Assembly (NCBI RefSeq): GCF_004010195.1
Contig: NC_057749.1
Coordinates: forward strand, 19,213,538 to 19,277,484
Length of the DNA stretch: 63,947 nt
Origin: Chiloscyllium plagiosum
Lineage: Eukaryota
Direction: 5' to 3'
In this document: in pieces, positions 1-14,560 of the stretch
How the letters are laid out: the number at the start of each line of letters is the position of its first letter
Position numbering within the stretch: position 1 is the stretch's first letter
Translations under genes and position numbers: made by a program
Notes under the pieces: generated by a model
Told to the model about the DNA's origin: nothing
The model's database searches: none
Seen by the model: only the letters and a program-made list of their open reading frames with translations

Positions 1-1526
1 AGGTACATGAGGTTTAGGAGAGACGTTGCAAGGCTGAGACATTTACAAAGATATGAAGTGTAACATCATAATAGTTTCAACCTGGCTAGTGTTGGACTAG
101 ACCATGCTGAAACTTAAAAGGTTTGGGCTGGGGATGTAGCTTGGCAGAGTTTGGACATAAGAATGTAGGCAAGTTGCAAAGAAACCCAAGTAGGACGAGC
201 TTGCCCTTTTTGGAGCAGAGACAGGATTAACAGCTGTGGTAAATGAAGACTAGTCATAGAAATTAGGGATCTCTGAAGAGTTTTAGAAAGGTGAAGACTT
301 TGCCACAGAGAAGAAGAGAGAATGAAATTAAATCTTATTCTGGAGAACTACTAGCTGTGAGTGAGCAGAAGGTAATGTCATAGAATTAAGACATCTGCCA
401 GAAGAAAGGAAACTTAAGAATTGGGGTAAATTTGAAGACTTATCCAGTGGGGCACAGGTTTTATCCCTGTGATAACTCACTCTGTCTGACTCATTTTCTG
501 TCCTGCTGTTGATGCCTCATGTTTCTTTGCCTACTCCAAGGGAGTTTTAGAAATGATGAATAATTCCTGCATGGCCTTCTGCTTCTTACCCTCATTAACT
601 TGAGGTCATCCAAAACTCTGCCAATGTCCTGATTTGCCCTTGTGCACACTGACTCACACTGGCTCTCTTTAATCCAAGTTACAATTTTAAAATTCTTGCA
701 CTTATTTTTAAATTCTTCTGTGGACTTGCCTCTCCCTGTTGCTATAATCCCATCCAGTCCCACAACCATCTGAGAAGTCTGTGCACTGACATCTTGATTT
801 TCCACACTTGGCCATTGTTCATGCCTTCAGTGACCTGGGCCCTAATCTCTAGAATTCCCTTCCTACAAGAGTCAGTCTCTTAACCTGACTTTCCTCCTTG
901 AAGATGCTCATTAAAATCTACCTCTTTGGCCAAGTTTTGGTCATCTGCTGTAATATGTCCTTATGTTACTTGGTTTCAACTTCTGTTTACGATGACAAAG
1001 CAATAACTTTTATGTTAAATACTCGATATAATGACAATTTATTGTCATAATTTTTGCATGATTTGGAGTATGTTTAAATTGTCCTCTAATGATGTGTTAG
1101 TCGAAACATTTCATTATCCCTTTTATTTTTCTAAAACAATACTTTGTAAGTTATAGCTTTAAATTCAGTACCATTATTAAACAATTGCCTGTGGTCAGGT
1201 GCAGTTAGGATCGCTGTTCTGGTCCATAAAGCAAGGACAAATTTGTTTTACTTCTGATTTTACTTATGTTGTTTTAATTTCATGGGTTTGGAAATTCATG
1301 TGCCTTCTCAATAAATAACACTTATTGGTATGGATCTTTTTGAATTGCTTAGAAATGAATGAAAGTTGGATAAAAGTTTTTCTGTGAGCAGGAAGAATTC
1401 ATGGTGCACCTTATTACAGGGTAGTGGCAAAAAGCTTGGAAGCTGCTGCCATAGGCAGTGCATTTTAGACTGACAGTTGTATAAAAAGTGCCCGTGTAAA
1501 GAGAAAACCAGAGCCATTGGTAAGAC

Positions 1527-4500
1527 TCATAGAGTCATAGACATGTACAGCATGGAAACAGACCCTCCGGTCCAACTCGTCCATGCTGACCAGATTCCCA
1601 ACCTAATCTAGTCCCACTTGTCACACTTGGTCTATATCCCTCTAAACCCTTCCGAATCATATACCCATCCAGATCCCTTTTAAAAGGTGCAATTGTACCA
1701 GCCTCCAGCACTTCCTCTGGCAGCTCATTCCATACATGCACCACCCTCTGTGTGAAAAAGTTGCCCCTTAAGTCTATTTTATATCTTTCCCCTCTCACCG
1801 TAAACCTATGCCCTCTAGTTCTGGACTCCCCCACCACAGAGAAGAGACCTTTATCTATTTATCCTATCCATACCCCTCATGATTTTATAAACCTCCATAA
1901 GGTCACTCAGCCTCCGACACTCCAGGGAAAACAGTCCTAAGCCTATTCAACCTCTCTGCATAGCTCAAACCCATCGCCCTGGCAGCATCCGTGTAAAAAT
2001 TTTCTGAACCCTTTCAAGTTTCACAACATCTTTCCGATAGGAAGGAGACCAATACAGCTGCAACATGACCTCCCAAATCTTTTATTTAATTCTCTGTCCA
2101 ATAAAGGAAAGCATACCAAATGCCACCTTCACTATCCTATTTACCTACGATTCCACTTTCAAGGAGCTATGAACCTGCACTCCAAGGTCTCTTTGTTCAG
2201 CAACACTCCCTAGGACCTTATCATTAAGTGAATAAGTCCTGCTAAGATTTGCTTTCCCAAAATGCAGCACCTCGCATTTATCCAAGTGAAACTCCATCTG
2301 CCACTTCGCAGCCCGTTGGCCCATCTGATCAAGATCTGAGGTAACCTCCAATTTTAGTGTAATCTGCAAACTTATTAACTATGCCTCCGATGTTCATATC
2401 CAAATCATTTACATAAATGATGAAAAGTAGTGGACCCTGCACCGATCCTTGTGGCACTCACTGGTCACAGGCCTCCAGTCTGAAAAACAACCCTCCACCA
2501 CCACCCTCTGTCTTCTACCATTGAGCCAGTTCTGTATCCAAATGGCTAGTTCTCCCTGTATCTGTGAGATAACCTGTCTTCCATGGGGAACCTTGTCGAA
2601 CGCCTTAATGAAGTCCACATAGATCACAGCCATGTTGACTCTCCATAATCAGTCCTTGCCTTTCCAAATACGTGCACATCCTGTCCCTCAGGATTCCCTC
2701 CAATATCTTGCCCACCATCGATGTCAGGCTCACCTGTCTATACTTCCCTGGCTTGTCCTTACCACCTTTCTTAAATAATGGCACCGCATTAGCCAACCTC
2801 CAGTCTGCTGGCACCTCACCTGTGACTATCGATGATACAAATATCTCAGTAAGGGGCCCAGCAAACACTTCGCTAGCTTCCCACAGAGTTCTATGGTACA
2901 CCTAATCAGGTCCCTGGGGATTTATCCATGAAATGCATAAACGCATACTGGACATCCAGTACTTCCTTCTCTGTAATATGGACATTTTTCAAGATGTCCC
3001 CACATTCTATATCTGCCATGTCCTTCTCCACAGTAAACACTGATGCAAAATAGTCGTTTAACATCTCCTCTATCTACTGCGGCTCCACACAAAGGCCGCC
3101 TTGCTGATCTTTGAGGGGTCCTATTCTCTCCCGAATTACCCTTTTGTCCTTGATGTATTTGTAAAAACCCTTTCGATTCTCCTTAACCCTATTTGCCAAA
3201 GCTATCTCATGTCCCCTTTTTGCCCTACTGATTTCCCTATTAAGTATACTCCTACTGCCTTCATACTCTTCTAAAGATTCAATCCATCTATCCTGTCTAT
3301 ACCTGACATATGTTTCCTTTTTGTTCTTAACCAAACCCTCAATTTTTTTAATCATCCAGCATTCCCTACATCTCCCAGCCTTTCCTTTTACCCTGACAGG
3401 AATATTCTGTCTCTGACTGTCGTTATCTTATTTCTGAAGACTACCCATTTTCCAATCATCATTTTACCTGCGAACATCACCCAAACAGCTTTTGAAAGTT
3501 CTTGCCTGATACCACCAAAATTGGCTTTCCTCCAATTTAGAACTTCAGCTGTTAGTTCCGGTTTAGCCTTTTCCACCGCTATTTTAATACTGATAGAATT
3601 ATGGTCGCTGGCCCCAAAGTGCTCCCCCACTGACTCCTTAGTCACCTGTCCTGCCTTATTTCCCAATAGTAGGTCGTTTTGCACCTTTCCTAATAGGTAC
3701 ATCCACATACTGACTCAGACAATTTTCTTGTACACTGTTAACAAATTCCTCTACACTGTCTAAACCCTTAACACTATGGCGGGCCCAGTCTGTTTGGAAA
3801 GTTAAAATCTCCTACCATAACCACCCTATTATTCTTACAGATAGCTGAGATCTCCTTACAAATTTGTTTCTCAATTTCCCACTGACTATTAGGGGGTCTA
3901 TAATACAATCCCAATAAGGTGGTCATCCCTTTCGTCTTTCTCGGTTCCACCCAAATAACTTCCCTGCATGTATTTCCGCGAATATCCTCCCTCAGTGTAG
4001 CTGTGATGCTGTCCCTTATCAAAAACGCCACTCTCCCTCCTCTCTTGCCTCCCCTTCTATCCTTCCTACAGAATTTGTATCCTGGAATGTTTAACTGCCA
4101 GTCCTGTCTATCCCTGAGCCATGTTTCTGTAGTTGCTATGATATTCCAGTCCCATGTTCCGAACCATGCCCTGAGTTCATCTGCCTTCCCTGTTAGGCCT
4201 TTTGCATAGAAATAAATGGAATTCAGTTTATCAGTCCTACCTTGTTTTCTGCTTTGTTCCTGCCTGTCCTGACTGTTTGACTAGCTTCTTTTCTCAAATA
4301 TACCAGTCTCCGATGGATCTGTTTCCCTCAGTGTCTCCCTGGGTCCCACCACCTCCAGAAGAGATTCCAATGATCCAAAAATGTGAATCCTTCTTCCATA
4401 TACCAGCTCTTCAGCCATGCATTCATCTGCTCTATCCACCTGTTCCACCCTCATTCGCTTGTAGCACCGGGAGTAATCCAGTTATTGTTACCCTGAAGGA

Positions 4501-4795
4501 CCTCCTTTTTAAATTCTTGCCAAACTTTCTATATTCTTCCTTCAGAATCTCATCCTTTTCCCTTCATATGTCGTTAGTACCAATGTGTACAATTACCTCC
4601 TCCTGGTCCTCCTTCCCTTTGAGAACATTCTGCACCCTCTCTAAGACATCTTGATCCTGGCATCAGGGAGACAACACACCATTCTGATTTTTCGCTGCTG
4701 GCTGCAGAAACGTCTGTCTGTGCCCCTGACTAGAGAGTCCCCTATCACAAACGATCGCTTGCAACCTGATGTACCCATCGTTACATTAGAGCCAG
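1527..4795 (-). mobile_element. CR1-type LINE, near full-length and decayed; interrupted in ORF1 by a second CR1
   Basis: 3' (GACTCTAT)-type tail at 1527. Minus-strand fragments of RT (KAFDKVPH), APE endonuclease (YYRPP, VGDFNFP) and ORF1 esterase-like domain (VIGDSLVRGTDRRFC). ORF1-like sequence resumes at ~8490-8620. Confidence 0.93.
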
Positions 4796-4796
4796 T

Positions 4797-7700
4797 TTTA
4801 GAACATGGAACAGTACAGCACAGAACAGGCCCTTCAGCCCACGATGTTGTGCCAACCACTGATCCTCATGTATGCACCCTCAAATTTCTGTGACCATATG
4901 CATGTCCAGTAGTCTCTTAAATGTCCCCAATGACCTTGCTTCCACAACTGCTGCTGGCAAAGCATTCCATGCTCTCTCAACTCTCTGTGTAAAGAACCCA
5001 CCTCTGACATCCCCTCTATACTTTCCTCCAACCAGCTTGAAACTATGACCCCTCGTGTTAGCCATTTCTGCCCTGGGAAATAGTCTCTGGCTATCGACTC
5101 TACCTATGCCTCTCATTATCTTGTATACCTCAATTAGGTCCCCTCTCCTCCTCCTTTTCTCCAATGATAAATGTCCGAGCTCAGTCAACCTCTCTCCGTA
5201 AGATAAGCCCTCCAGTCCAGGCTGCATCCTGGCAAACCTCCTCTGAACCCTCTCCAAAGCATCCACATCTTTCTTATAATAGGGCGACCAGAACTGGACA
5301 CAGTATTCCAAGTGCGGTCTAACCAAAGTTTTATAGAGCTGCAACAAGATCTCACGACTCTTAAACTTTCAAATTTGACCTTCCAAAATGCATCACCTCC
5401 ATTTATTCAGGTTGAACTCCATCTGCCACCTCCAGCCCATCTCTGCATCCTGTCAATGTCCCGCTGCAGCCTACAACAGCCCTCTATACTGTCGTCAACA
5501 CCTCCAACCTTTGTGTCGTCTGCAAACTTGCTGACCCATCCTTCAATCCCATCATCCAAATCATTAATAAAACTTACAAACAGTAGAGGCCCAAGGACAG
5601 AGCCCTGTGGAACACCACTCACCACTGACTTCCAGGCAGAATATTTTCCTTCTACTACCACTCGCTGTCTTCTGTTGGCCAGCCAATTCTGTATCCAGAC
5701 AGCTAAGTTCCCCTGTATTCCATTCCTCCTGACCTGAATGAGCCGACCATGGGGAACCTTATCAAATGCCTTGCTGAAGTCCATATACACCACATCCACA
5801 GCTCGCCCCTCATCAACGTTTCTAGTCACATCCTCAAAGAACTCGATAAGGTTTGTGAGGCATGACCTGCCCCTCACAAAGCCGTGTTGACTGCATTTAA
5901 TCAAGCCATGCTCTTCCAGATGGTCATAAATCCTATCCCTCAGAATCCATTCTAACACCTTGCAGATGACAGACGTGAGACTTACTGGTCTGTAATTGCT
6001 GGGGATTTCCCTATTTCCCTTCTTGAAGAGAGGAATTACATTTGTCTCTCTCCAGTCCTCAAGTGCGACTCCAGTGGAGAGCAAAGATGCAAAGATCTTC
6101 GCAAGTGGCGAAGCAATTGCATTTCTCGTTTCCCAAAGCAGCCGAGGACAAATCTGGTCCGGGCCTGGCCACTTGTCAATCTTAATGTTTGACAAAATTT
6201 TCATCACATCAGCTTCCTCTATCTCTATCCATTCCAGCATGCACACCTGCTCTTCAAAGGTTTCAATCACTACAAAGTTCGTTTCTTTCGTAAAGACTGA
6301 AGCAAAAAACTCATTTAGGGCTTCCCCTACCTCCTCAGACTCCACACACAAATTCCCTATGCTATCCCTGATCGGCTCTACTCTTTCTTTGACTGTCTCA
6401 GAGGGACATATTTATTCATCACTTGTAACAACTGTTCCTTAAACAGTCTCCACATGTCTATAGTGCCTCTACCATGGAACAATTGCTCCCAGTCCATGCT
6501 TCCTAACTCATGTCTAATCGCATCATCGTTTCCTCTTCCCCAATTAAATATCCTAATCCTCTCCTTCTCCATAGCTATGTAGAATGTGAGGCAGTTGTGG
6601 TCACTATCACCAAAATGCTCTCCCACCACCAAGATCTGATACCTGCCCCGGCTCGTTTCTGAGCACCAAGTCTAGAATGGCCTCTCCCCTCGTCGGCCTG
6701 TCAATGTACTGAGGTAGGAAACCCTCCTGAACACACCTTACAAAAACAGCTCCATTCAAATCTTCTGCTCGAAGGAGGTTCCAATCAATATTGGGAAAGT
6801 TAAAGTCACCCATTACAACAACCCTACTACATGCACACTTTTCCCAAATCTGCCGACCTATGCTTTCTTAAATCTCCCTGCTGCTACTGGGGGGCCTGTA
6901 GTAAACCCCTAACGAGGTGACTGCTCCTTGCTGTTCCTAATTTCCACCCATACTGACTCGGTAGGCAGACCCTCCTTGACAATGGATGCTTCTGTAGCTG
7001 TGATACCCTCTCTGATTAGTCGTGTTACCTCTTTTTTCCACCCTTCCTATTCTTTTTAAAAGCTCTAAACCCTGGAACATCCAGCAACCATTCCTGCCCC
7101 TGAGAAACCCATGTCTCTGTTACTAGCTGGTCTACCTCTTGCTATTGCCTCATCTGCATCAACTCTCACCTCCGGTATACAGCTCAGGTTCCCACCCCCC
7201 TGCAATCCTAATTTAAACCCTCTTGAACTACTCGAGCAAACCTTCCACCCAGGACATTGGTCCCCTTCCAGTTCAGATGCAACCTGTCCTTCTTGTACAG
7301 GTCACACCTTCCCCAGAAGGCATCCCAATTATCTACATATCTGAAGCCCTCCCTCCTACACCAGCTGCGCAGCCAATTGTTAAGCTGCGCCCGCTCCCTG
7401 TTCCTCACCTCGCTATCTCGTGGCACTGTTCGTCCTGCTTTGCAGCTTCCATCCTAACTCCCTGAAATCACTTTTTATATCCTCAATCCTTTTCCTGGCT
7501 ATATCATTAGTGCCAATATGTAACATGATTTCTGGCTGTTCACCCCCTTTTAGAACCTTATACACCCGATCGGGGACGTCCCAGACTCTGGCACCAGGGA
7601 GGCAACATACCTTCCGGGAATCCCAATCCTGACCACAAAATCTCCTGTCGATTCCCCTAACTATCAAGTCCCCTACCACGAGTACTTTTCTATTCTGCGC

Positions 7701-8475
7701 CCTTCCCTTCTTTCCCACAGTGTCAGGCTCAGTGCCAGAGAACTGACTGCTATGGCTTTCCTCTGGTAGGTCATCCCCCCCCCAGCAGTACCCAAAACGA
7801 TATACTTATTGCTGAGGGGAATGTCCACAGGGGATCTCTGCACTGTTTGTCTGTCCCCTTTCCTCCCCCTGACTGTAACCCATCTATCCTTGTCCTGAAC
7901 CTTAGGAGTGGCCAACTCCCGGTAACTCCTCTCAATTACTCCCTCAGCTTCCCGAATGATCCGTAGTTCATCCAGCTCCAGCTCCAATTCCCTAACACGG
8001 TTTTCAAGGAGCTAGAGTTGGATACACTTCCCACCCTTCCTATTCTTTTTAAATGCTCTAAACCCTGGAACATCCAGCAACCATTCCTGCCACTGAGAAA
8101 CCAATGTCTCTGTTATGGCCACAACATCATAGCATCAGGTACTGATCCATGCTCTAAGTTCATCACTTTTATTCCTGATACTCCTTGCGTTAAAGCAAAC
8201 ACACTTTAACTGATCCCTTGTGCCATGTCTCCCACCTGCCACATTCTGCAGGAGGAGCAAGCAACTGCCCTAGCATCCATACCCAACTTATCTGAACTCC
8301 CACTCAGTACTAAAGTAGAAAGCTTAGTTCAAGTTGCTATAAAATTAATAACAAACTTATATTCAATAGAGGAAGTTTAGAATGAACCTTACCTTATTAA
8401 CTAGGTTAGAGGAGGAGGGCTGGTGGGAGACACTACACTTGTAGAGTCTCGGGTTTAGCCGTCTTGCTGATATAT
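4797..8475 (-). mobile_element. Near full-length CR1 LINE of a second subfamily, nested in the first
   Basis: 314-aa RT ORF 5407-6351 (QHGF, DFSKAFDKVPH, GVPQGSVLGP, KFADD), endonuclease fragments 6378-7080, ORF1 SGNH-like fragments 7208-7987 (HIGTND, DRLHLN), and a GTTCTA-type 3' tail. Confidence 0.95.
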
Positions 8476-9454
8476 ATGGTACCAGAAACTTGCCTGTTCA
8501 TGCTACATTCCCCTGAAAGTCCATCATCCCCTACATTTTCCAAAACAGCATACTTGTTTGAAATGGGAATAGCTACAGAAGACTCCTGCCTTTCTTGGAG
8601 TTAACCCATCTACCTGACAATAAGCAGTGCAAAACAGCATTCTGTCTCAAAGATGGCATTGTAGAAAGTGCCCTTTGCTCCTGCTCCTACTCCTGCTAGG
8701 CCCCATCCTCCACCTCAATTTCTCAGCCCCTCATCAGCGAAAGGTGCCGTGATGATGACATGACTGTGTATGGAGTGCACTGACACCATTGCATGGTTGC
8801 ATATGTCCTGCAGCCTGGCCAATTGCGCATAAATGGTGACAATTTTTATGTAATGGATAAGCACTCTGTCTGTTTTCAAATTAAAGGATGTAAATCTTGA
8901 TGCTACCTGGAGCTCTTTCATTAAGTCAGCTAATGTTGGTACTGGGTAGTGATTCCTTGGGAATATTGAAATCTTATGACCTCACACAGTATAACTATAG
9001 GATGCTCAGTTGTGGTTTTGGCTTGTGTGAAGGAAAATGACCAGCAAAGCAAATAATTTTTCCTCATACTGGTATTGTTTTGATAAGAGGCTGCTGTGAA
9101 TCAGGTCATTCTCAAGACTTCTTTACCTGTCTGTTCCTGATCCCAGTCATGCAGTGAGACAAGCCAATGGTTCCACAGCAGTATGCCAGAAGCCTTGGCA
9201 CAGACAGTTTGACTGTCCTCTATCCTCCATCAACAGTTGAATTTTCTGAAATTACCTTTAAACAAACCTGCTGGTTGTTTGTGTTTTATACATCAATATC
9301 TGTATGTTGAATTAGGGAGCAAAAGACTTTCAGAGGTTCACAAAGATTTTATTGTATGTTGTAGTATAGTACACCTTCTAAGCCCTCTCACTGTCTATAA
9401 GCAATATTCCACTGGAGAAGAGCTCAGCTCTAGATATTTTCGAATAAACTGTTG

Positions 9455-9772
9455 AGAGACATTATTACACACATCTGGAGCAGGTGGGGGTCTTGAACAA
9501 GAGGCAGGGACACTAGCAGTGCCCCACCAGAAGCTCCCAAGAATTCAACTGTAGAATTTCTTAATCAAACTATGACACATGTCTGGAAAAGGCAGGTCTT
9601 GAACCCAGGCCTCCTGGCTCTGAGGTCGGAAGAATTCAACCTTGAAGTGCAATTCTTTTTCCAGTCGACCAGTTAAGGGATATTATTATACACCTCTGGA
9701 TCATGTGGGAATTGAACACAGGCTTCCTGACCCAGAAGTAGGGACAGTGCCACACTGCCTCAAGAGCCCCTG
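9455..9772 (-). repeat. Three clustered degenerate tRNA-derived short SINE-like units
   Basis: Three similar units (acac..ctgga..ttgaac..agg). The minus strand shows B-box-like GTTCAATTCC/GTTCAAGAC. Related single copies lie near 13005-13075 (-) and 17150-17250 (+). Confidence 0.55.
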
Positions 9773-10642
9773 AACCCTCGATTGCAAAAGTGCAAAAAGC
9801 AGCAATGAGCATAATCTGCTGTCAATTAACTCTTGAGCTGATCTATCTGACCCTTAAAGGGATTTACGTTTCCAACTCTTTGACAGTATGATATGTGTGC
9901 TGTGATGAGTGTTGCCAAATATACTTGTTTACAGTCTTTTTTACAACATATTATTTGATTGATTAATGTTCATTATTCAAACAAAAGTGCTAAGATCCAT
10001 CCTCCTTTTATCAGTTTATTTTACTGTTTAAAGGAGAAAATACAATCTCACAATTTTGTAAGCTTCCTGAAAGTGTTCATTTTACTGGGGTATCTGTAAG
10101 AACAGGATGGATAAACCCCAAAAGGAGCTTCTATACTAGAAGGTTGATTATGCCCTATGGTCTGTCCTGTTTTGCAATTCTTTTAAAACGATAGATGGAA
10201 ACTGGGATTGGGAGGAAAAGTTTTATTATTTGCAATCGGTTGCTGTGGTTTAACATTTTCAGTTATTAATCATTGAAACTAAGGACATAAATCAGTCCTT
10301 GAGTGTTCTAACTGATGAATCCCATCTGAAAGGTTGAGAGTGACATGGGTCTTCTTTGTGCATACTGACCTGATTTCTGCTCCAGGATTCCCTTTAATAG
10401 TATGGCTGAGATTGGGAATGGGGAATGGCGAAGTTGCATGTATAAACATATGCCCCACTCAGTGTATTTGTGCCATGGTGCCACCAGTTAACATTTTATT
10501 AACCTTTCTGGAATTAGTTTCTGTCTTGACTTGTACTGAGATCAGGAATATTGCCCACCTAGCCCAAAACACAGCCTCAAATCTAACGGTCACTTTGAAT
10601 CATTAAGCTAACACTGCTTTTTTGTGCTTTTGTTCTTTACAG

Positions 10643-10816
10643 TTGCAGCACATTGTGAGTGATGAAATTTGTATACAGGTTACTGATCTGTACCTAGCAG
10701 AAAGTAGTAACTGTGCCACAGGAGGTCCCTTGGCAACCATTTCCTCCCGAGTTGTTATCGAAAGCAACTACCAGCGCAAGGCTGAACAGCTCATGTCAGA
10801 TGAGAACTGTTTTAAG
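10643..10816 (+). CDS. SIN3A: SIN3A coding exon (5th from last)
   Basis: Acceptor ttctttacag|TTG, donor AAG|gtaagt; 174 nt, phase 0/0. Encodes [28 protein letters not shown]...[16 protein letters not shown], matching the recalled vertebrate SIN3A C-terminal region. Confidence 0.97.
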
Positions 10817-13226
10817 GTAAGTGTCTGTTCAAATACAGATTCACCATTGGCATAAATCCTGTTTAAATTACGTTTGATGAAATTATGGCCAGAATGTCTT
10901 CTGCAGAAATAAACACAGTGGAATCAGTATGGTGTAATATGGCTTCACTTTTACTCAGTTACTGTGGAAGATGTAGGTTTATCATATGATGGAATCCCGT
11001 CAAACTCTCTCATTGCTGAGAAAAATTTTGTCGAAGCCTTTCCTCTTGCATTCATCAGTACATTTACAAGAATTCCTGCATGGAGAGGAACACTGTTTTA
11101 CATTGTGTACGAGAGTGCCAGTTCATTGGCAAGTGGGCTTGAAAGGTGAAGACTGCAAGATGAAAAAATTTGACAAAGATATGTCTTTTCTTTCAGCAAC
11201 ATTTGAGTTCTGTGCTACCAAACAACTAATTATAATGCTTATCTTGACTTGGTTCTTTTGAATGTAGTTCAGTGCTACAGTTGTGACATTAAAATTGCAC
11301 CTGATATTATTTGTTTAAATTGTGTTCCAAATTTGGTATTTCGTTTGGAGCCCTATGTTAATGGTGGCTTCAAATCCAGAAAAAAACAGTTAATTAAATC
11401 TAAGAATTTGTATCAAAGTCGTGAGAGGGTGACCACAGAAAAAGAAAGATAATATGATATAATGGAGTCTGTTAAGAGTCTGTATTGTGCATTTGCATTG
11501 ATACATATAAATTTTAAACCGTTCACACATTTGGGATTTGGAATGCATATCTGATGATATCTCCTGCTCCCCATTGTAAATGTGCATGATGGATCAATTG
11601 TTATTGCAAATTCACCTGTAAACTGGTAGGCATAGCTGCAGGCCTCTTCAGTTGTCAGTTCCCTTCTCTCAAAATTGTAGAACTTTGCAGCACACAAAAA
11701 ACCCATGTGGCTTGTTGTCTCCCGATTGGCTAACTATCTGGGCATTGAGACAATGGTTAGTTGGTTTTGACTTGTGAAATGCAAGTCAGTATAAAGATCT
11801 GAACTATTAATGAAGCCGGTCAGACTCTAACACTCAATGTATACTTATACACTAACTGCAGTGAATCATTGTGACAGTGGAAGCATGCCCTCAATTGGTT
11901 TTCCATTTTGTTCCTATTTTGCATGCCTTAACTTACTTGTTTATTGCTGATAATCTTAAATCGATGTCCTCTACTTATAAAATTATCCACATCCTGCCAC
12001 CTGACGTACTCTTGCCCTAGTTAAATTATGGAAACTTAAGTTTGAACATTCCAGCCAGATTTCCTCCTAAATTCCTTTGGTCTGTTTTCTCTAGTCTCTT
12101 TGTACCTGCAATCTTGTATTCATGGTATTACTTTATTGAACTTGTATTGAACTTTACATGGCATCATTTGTAAAGAAGAACACCCAAGGCTAGACACAAT
12201 ATTCTATTTGCCCACTCAATGATTTGTATCAATGCTTTAACTTTTTTTTAATTGTGTGCCTAGTTATACAACCTGGGGTCGCATATGTTAATCTTTTTTA
12301 ACATCATTATCTTCATGTACATAATTTCAAAGATTTTTGAAGTTGAAGCTGTGTCCAATCAATTCCTACTCCTTTCTAATATGTACCATTTTAGTGTATC
12401 TGTTACGTTTTAGGATTTCTTAATATTGAGAAAGTTGGTTATGTTTAGGGTTGCAGTTTAAAGTAATTTGTCTTATTACACAGGTTTTTATTGAAAGGAG
12501 ATTGAGGACAAAAATTGGTACTTTAGATGCTGCAGATTTTGAAGTTGTTTCCCCAAAGACAATACTTTAGCTTATTCAGGAATTGGTAAACACACGCTTC
12601 CATTGTACTGAAAGGGAATTGATCTTGGGTATTCCCTTGCTTTGGACTCTGGCAGATAAAGAGAAACATCATATTTTTAAAGGAAGCTGTAAAGACAAAG
12701 CTTTCACTCCAATCCGAAGATTAGAGTACAGATGGGTAGTTTGGCATTTTAAGTCACGCAAAGCTGGTCTGAAATCGACAGAAGAGTGTCAGTGAATAAA
12801 TTATTTTTCCACCCTGAAGCTTGTTTTTAATCTTTTTAATTTGTACCTTCCTTTAGTTTCAACACGCATTTTGTAAAAAAGAAAGTACTGAAAAATAATG
12901 CAAGATGATTTGGTGGGAATATGTGATGTGGGGCAACAGGCATAGGGATAGCTTGAAATGTTTTTTCTATATATTTTAAAGCAACGTGTTCAGAAATGTA
13001 ATGACAATACTCTAGAGTAAGTGGAACTTGAACCAACCCTTCTGGCACTACCACTGCCCAGCAAGAGGCCTGCAGTGTCTTTATATACTTAATGAAGTAA
13101 TGGCTTAATAAAATTTTGTTAAGCCACAATATGAGCCAATAGTTGATTATAATACTTAATGTATAAACAAATATTAGTTATATTTTATAGCCATTCACAT
13201 TTATTATTTATCTTCTTCCTCTCCAG

Positions 13227-13319
13227 CTTACGTTCATTCACAGCCGAGAGCAAGTATCATTAACCATTGACCTATTGGATACTGAAGAGGAAAACTCAGA
13301 CGACCCTGTGGAAGCAGAG
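13227..13319 (+). CDS. SIN3A: SIN3A coding exon (4th from last)
   Basis: Polypyrimidine tract with ctccag|CTT acceptor, donor GAG|gtgcgc; 93 nt. Encodes [31 protein letters not shown]. Confidence 0.96.
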
Positions 13320-13829
13320 GTGCGCTTGACAAACTGAAGTTGAGATTGATGAATGATATGAGGTTACTCCCAGTCAAGAGTTTAAAATTCCTGGGATCCT
13401 GTCTACACAATAGTGTAGTTTTACTTCGCCAGAAACACCTAGACTTGGAGAAACAAGAAGATTCAATTATAAATTCCATGTATGATTAAAACTTTTCTTT
13501 CTCCAAATTGTACATATAAGTACAAAGGGAATACACAGATTTTCCTCCACATAATACTGTGGTTCCCTTTTTTTGCACTCTTATCTTCATTACAGCCTGT
13601 GCTTGTTTTAGTTTACTGAACTTCAAGTATTTCATCTCAGCAATATACCCATCCCATGTCGCAGAAAGATGTGATTGATACAGTGTTCCTGTGCACTGAT
13701 TTGCACATTGTCAGAAAGATGAGACTTTCTTAAATAGAATTGGCTGCCAAGCAGAATGGGGTATGAGCATCTTTCGATGATACTTAACTGTTATTTGTTA
13801 ATATAGTTAGTGTCCTCCTCATTTATCCA

Positions 13830-14560
13830 GAAGTAGGCAAAACTTTTATTGTTTATCCCTAATTTCCCTGAAGAAGGTCGTGATGAACTGCCTTTTAAAT
13901 TGTTGCAATCCATGGTGGGTAGATATAGTCACAGCACCCCTCGGGAGGAGTTCGAAGGTTTTGGCCTAGTGACAGTTAAGGAGCAGTGATATTGTTCAAA
14001 GTCAGGATGGTGCATATGGAGAGGAACCTGCAGGTGGTGATCCTCGCATGCATTGAGTGTCCTCATTATAGGGTTGTCGAGGTTGGGAGTTTGGAAGCTT
14101 CTGTCAAAGGAGCTATGATGTGTCCCTATGGTTCATCTTGTAGGTGGTACACATTGCTCCAACGGTGCATTGGTGATGGAGGGAGTGAATGTTGAAGGTG
14201 GTTGACAGTTTGCCAATCAAAAGGGTTGCTTTGACCTGAATGATGTCAACTTCAGGTGTTGCTGGAACTGCACTCATCCAGGCAAGTGGAGAATATTCCA
14301 TCAACTGTAATTGGTGGGAAGGAGACAGGAGGTGCTTTACTTACTGCAGAATTCCCAGCCTCTTAATTACTCTTGTCGTTAGAGTATTTCTATGGTTAGT
14401 CAAGTTTCTGGTCAATGGTAATGCCCAGGGTATTAGAAATTGGGGATTCAGTGATGATAATGCAATTGCACTTCAAGGAGGAGATGGTTAGATGTGTTCT
14501 GGTTCTTGAGTGGTGCAAAAGTTACGTGCCACTTATCAGCCCAAGCCTGGAAGAGTGCAT
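13830..14560 (-). mobile_element. Old LINE (L2/CR1 group) 3' fragment
   Basis: Minus ORF MEYSPLAWMSA...DIIQVKATLLIG is typical of a non-LTR RT C-terminus. Related decayed pieces at ~15400-16450, 17480-18450 and 47855-48670. Confidence 0.7.

Noticed and set aside
9455..9772. tRNA genes or a CRISPR-like array
   Set aside because: The units are degenerate SINE heads without a cloverleaf. There is no constant repeat with unique spacers, and the context is eukaryotic.
1..10642. An upstream SIN3A exon (…FTMDKLIQSIVRQ)
   Set aside because: No matching reading frame with splice sites was seen; the region appears intronic.
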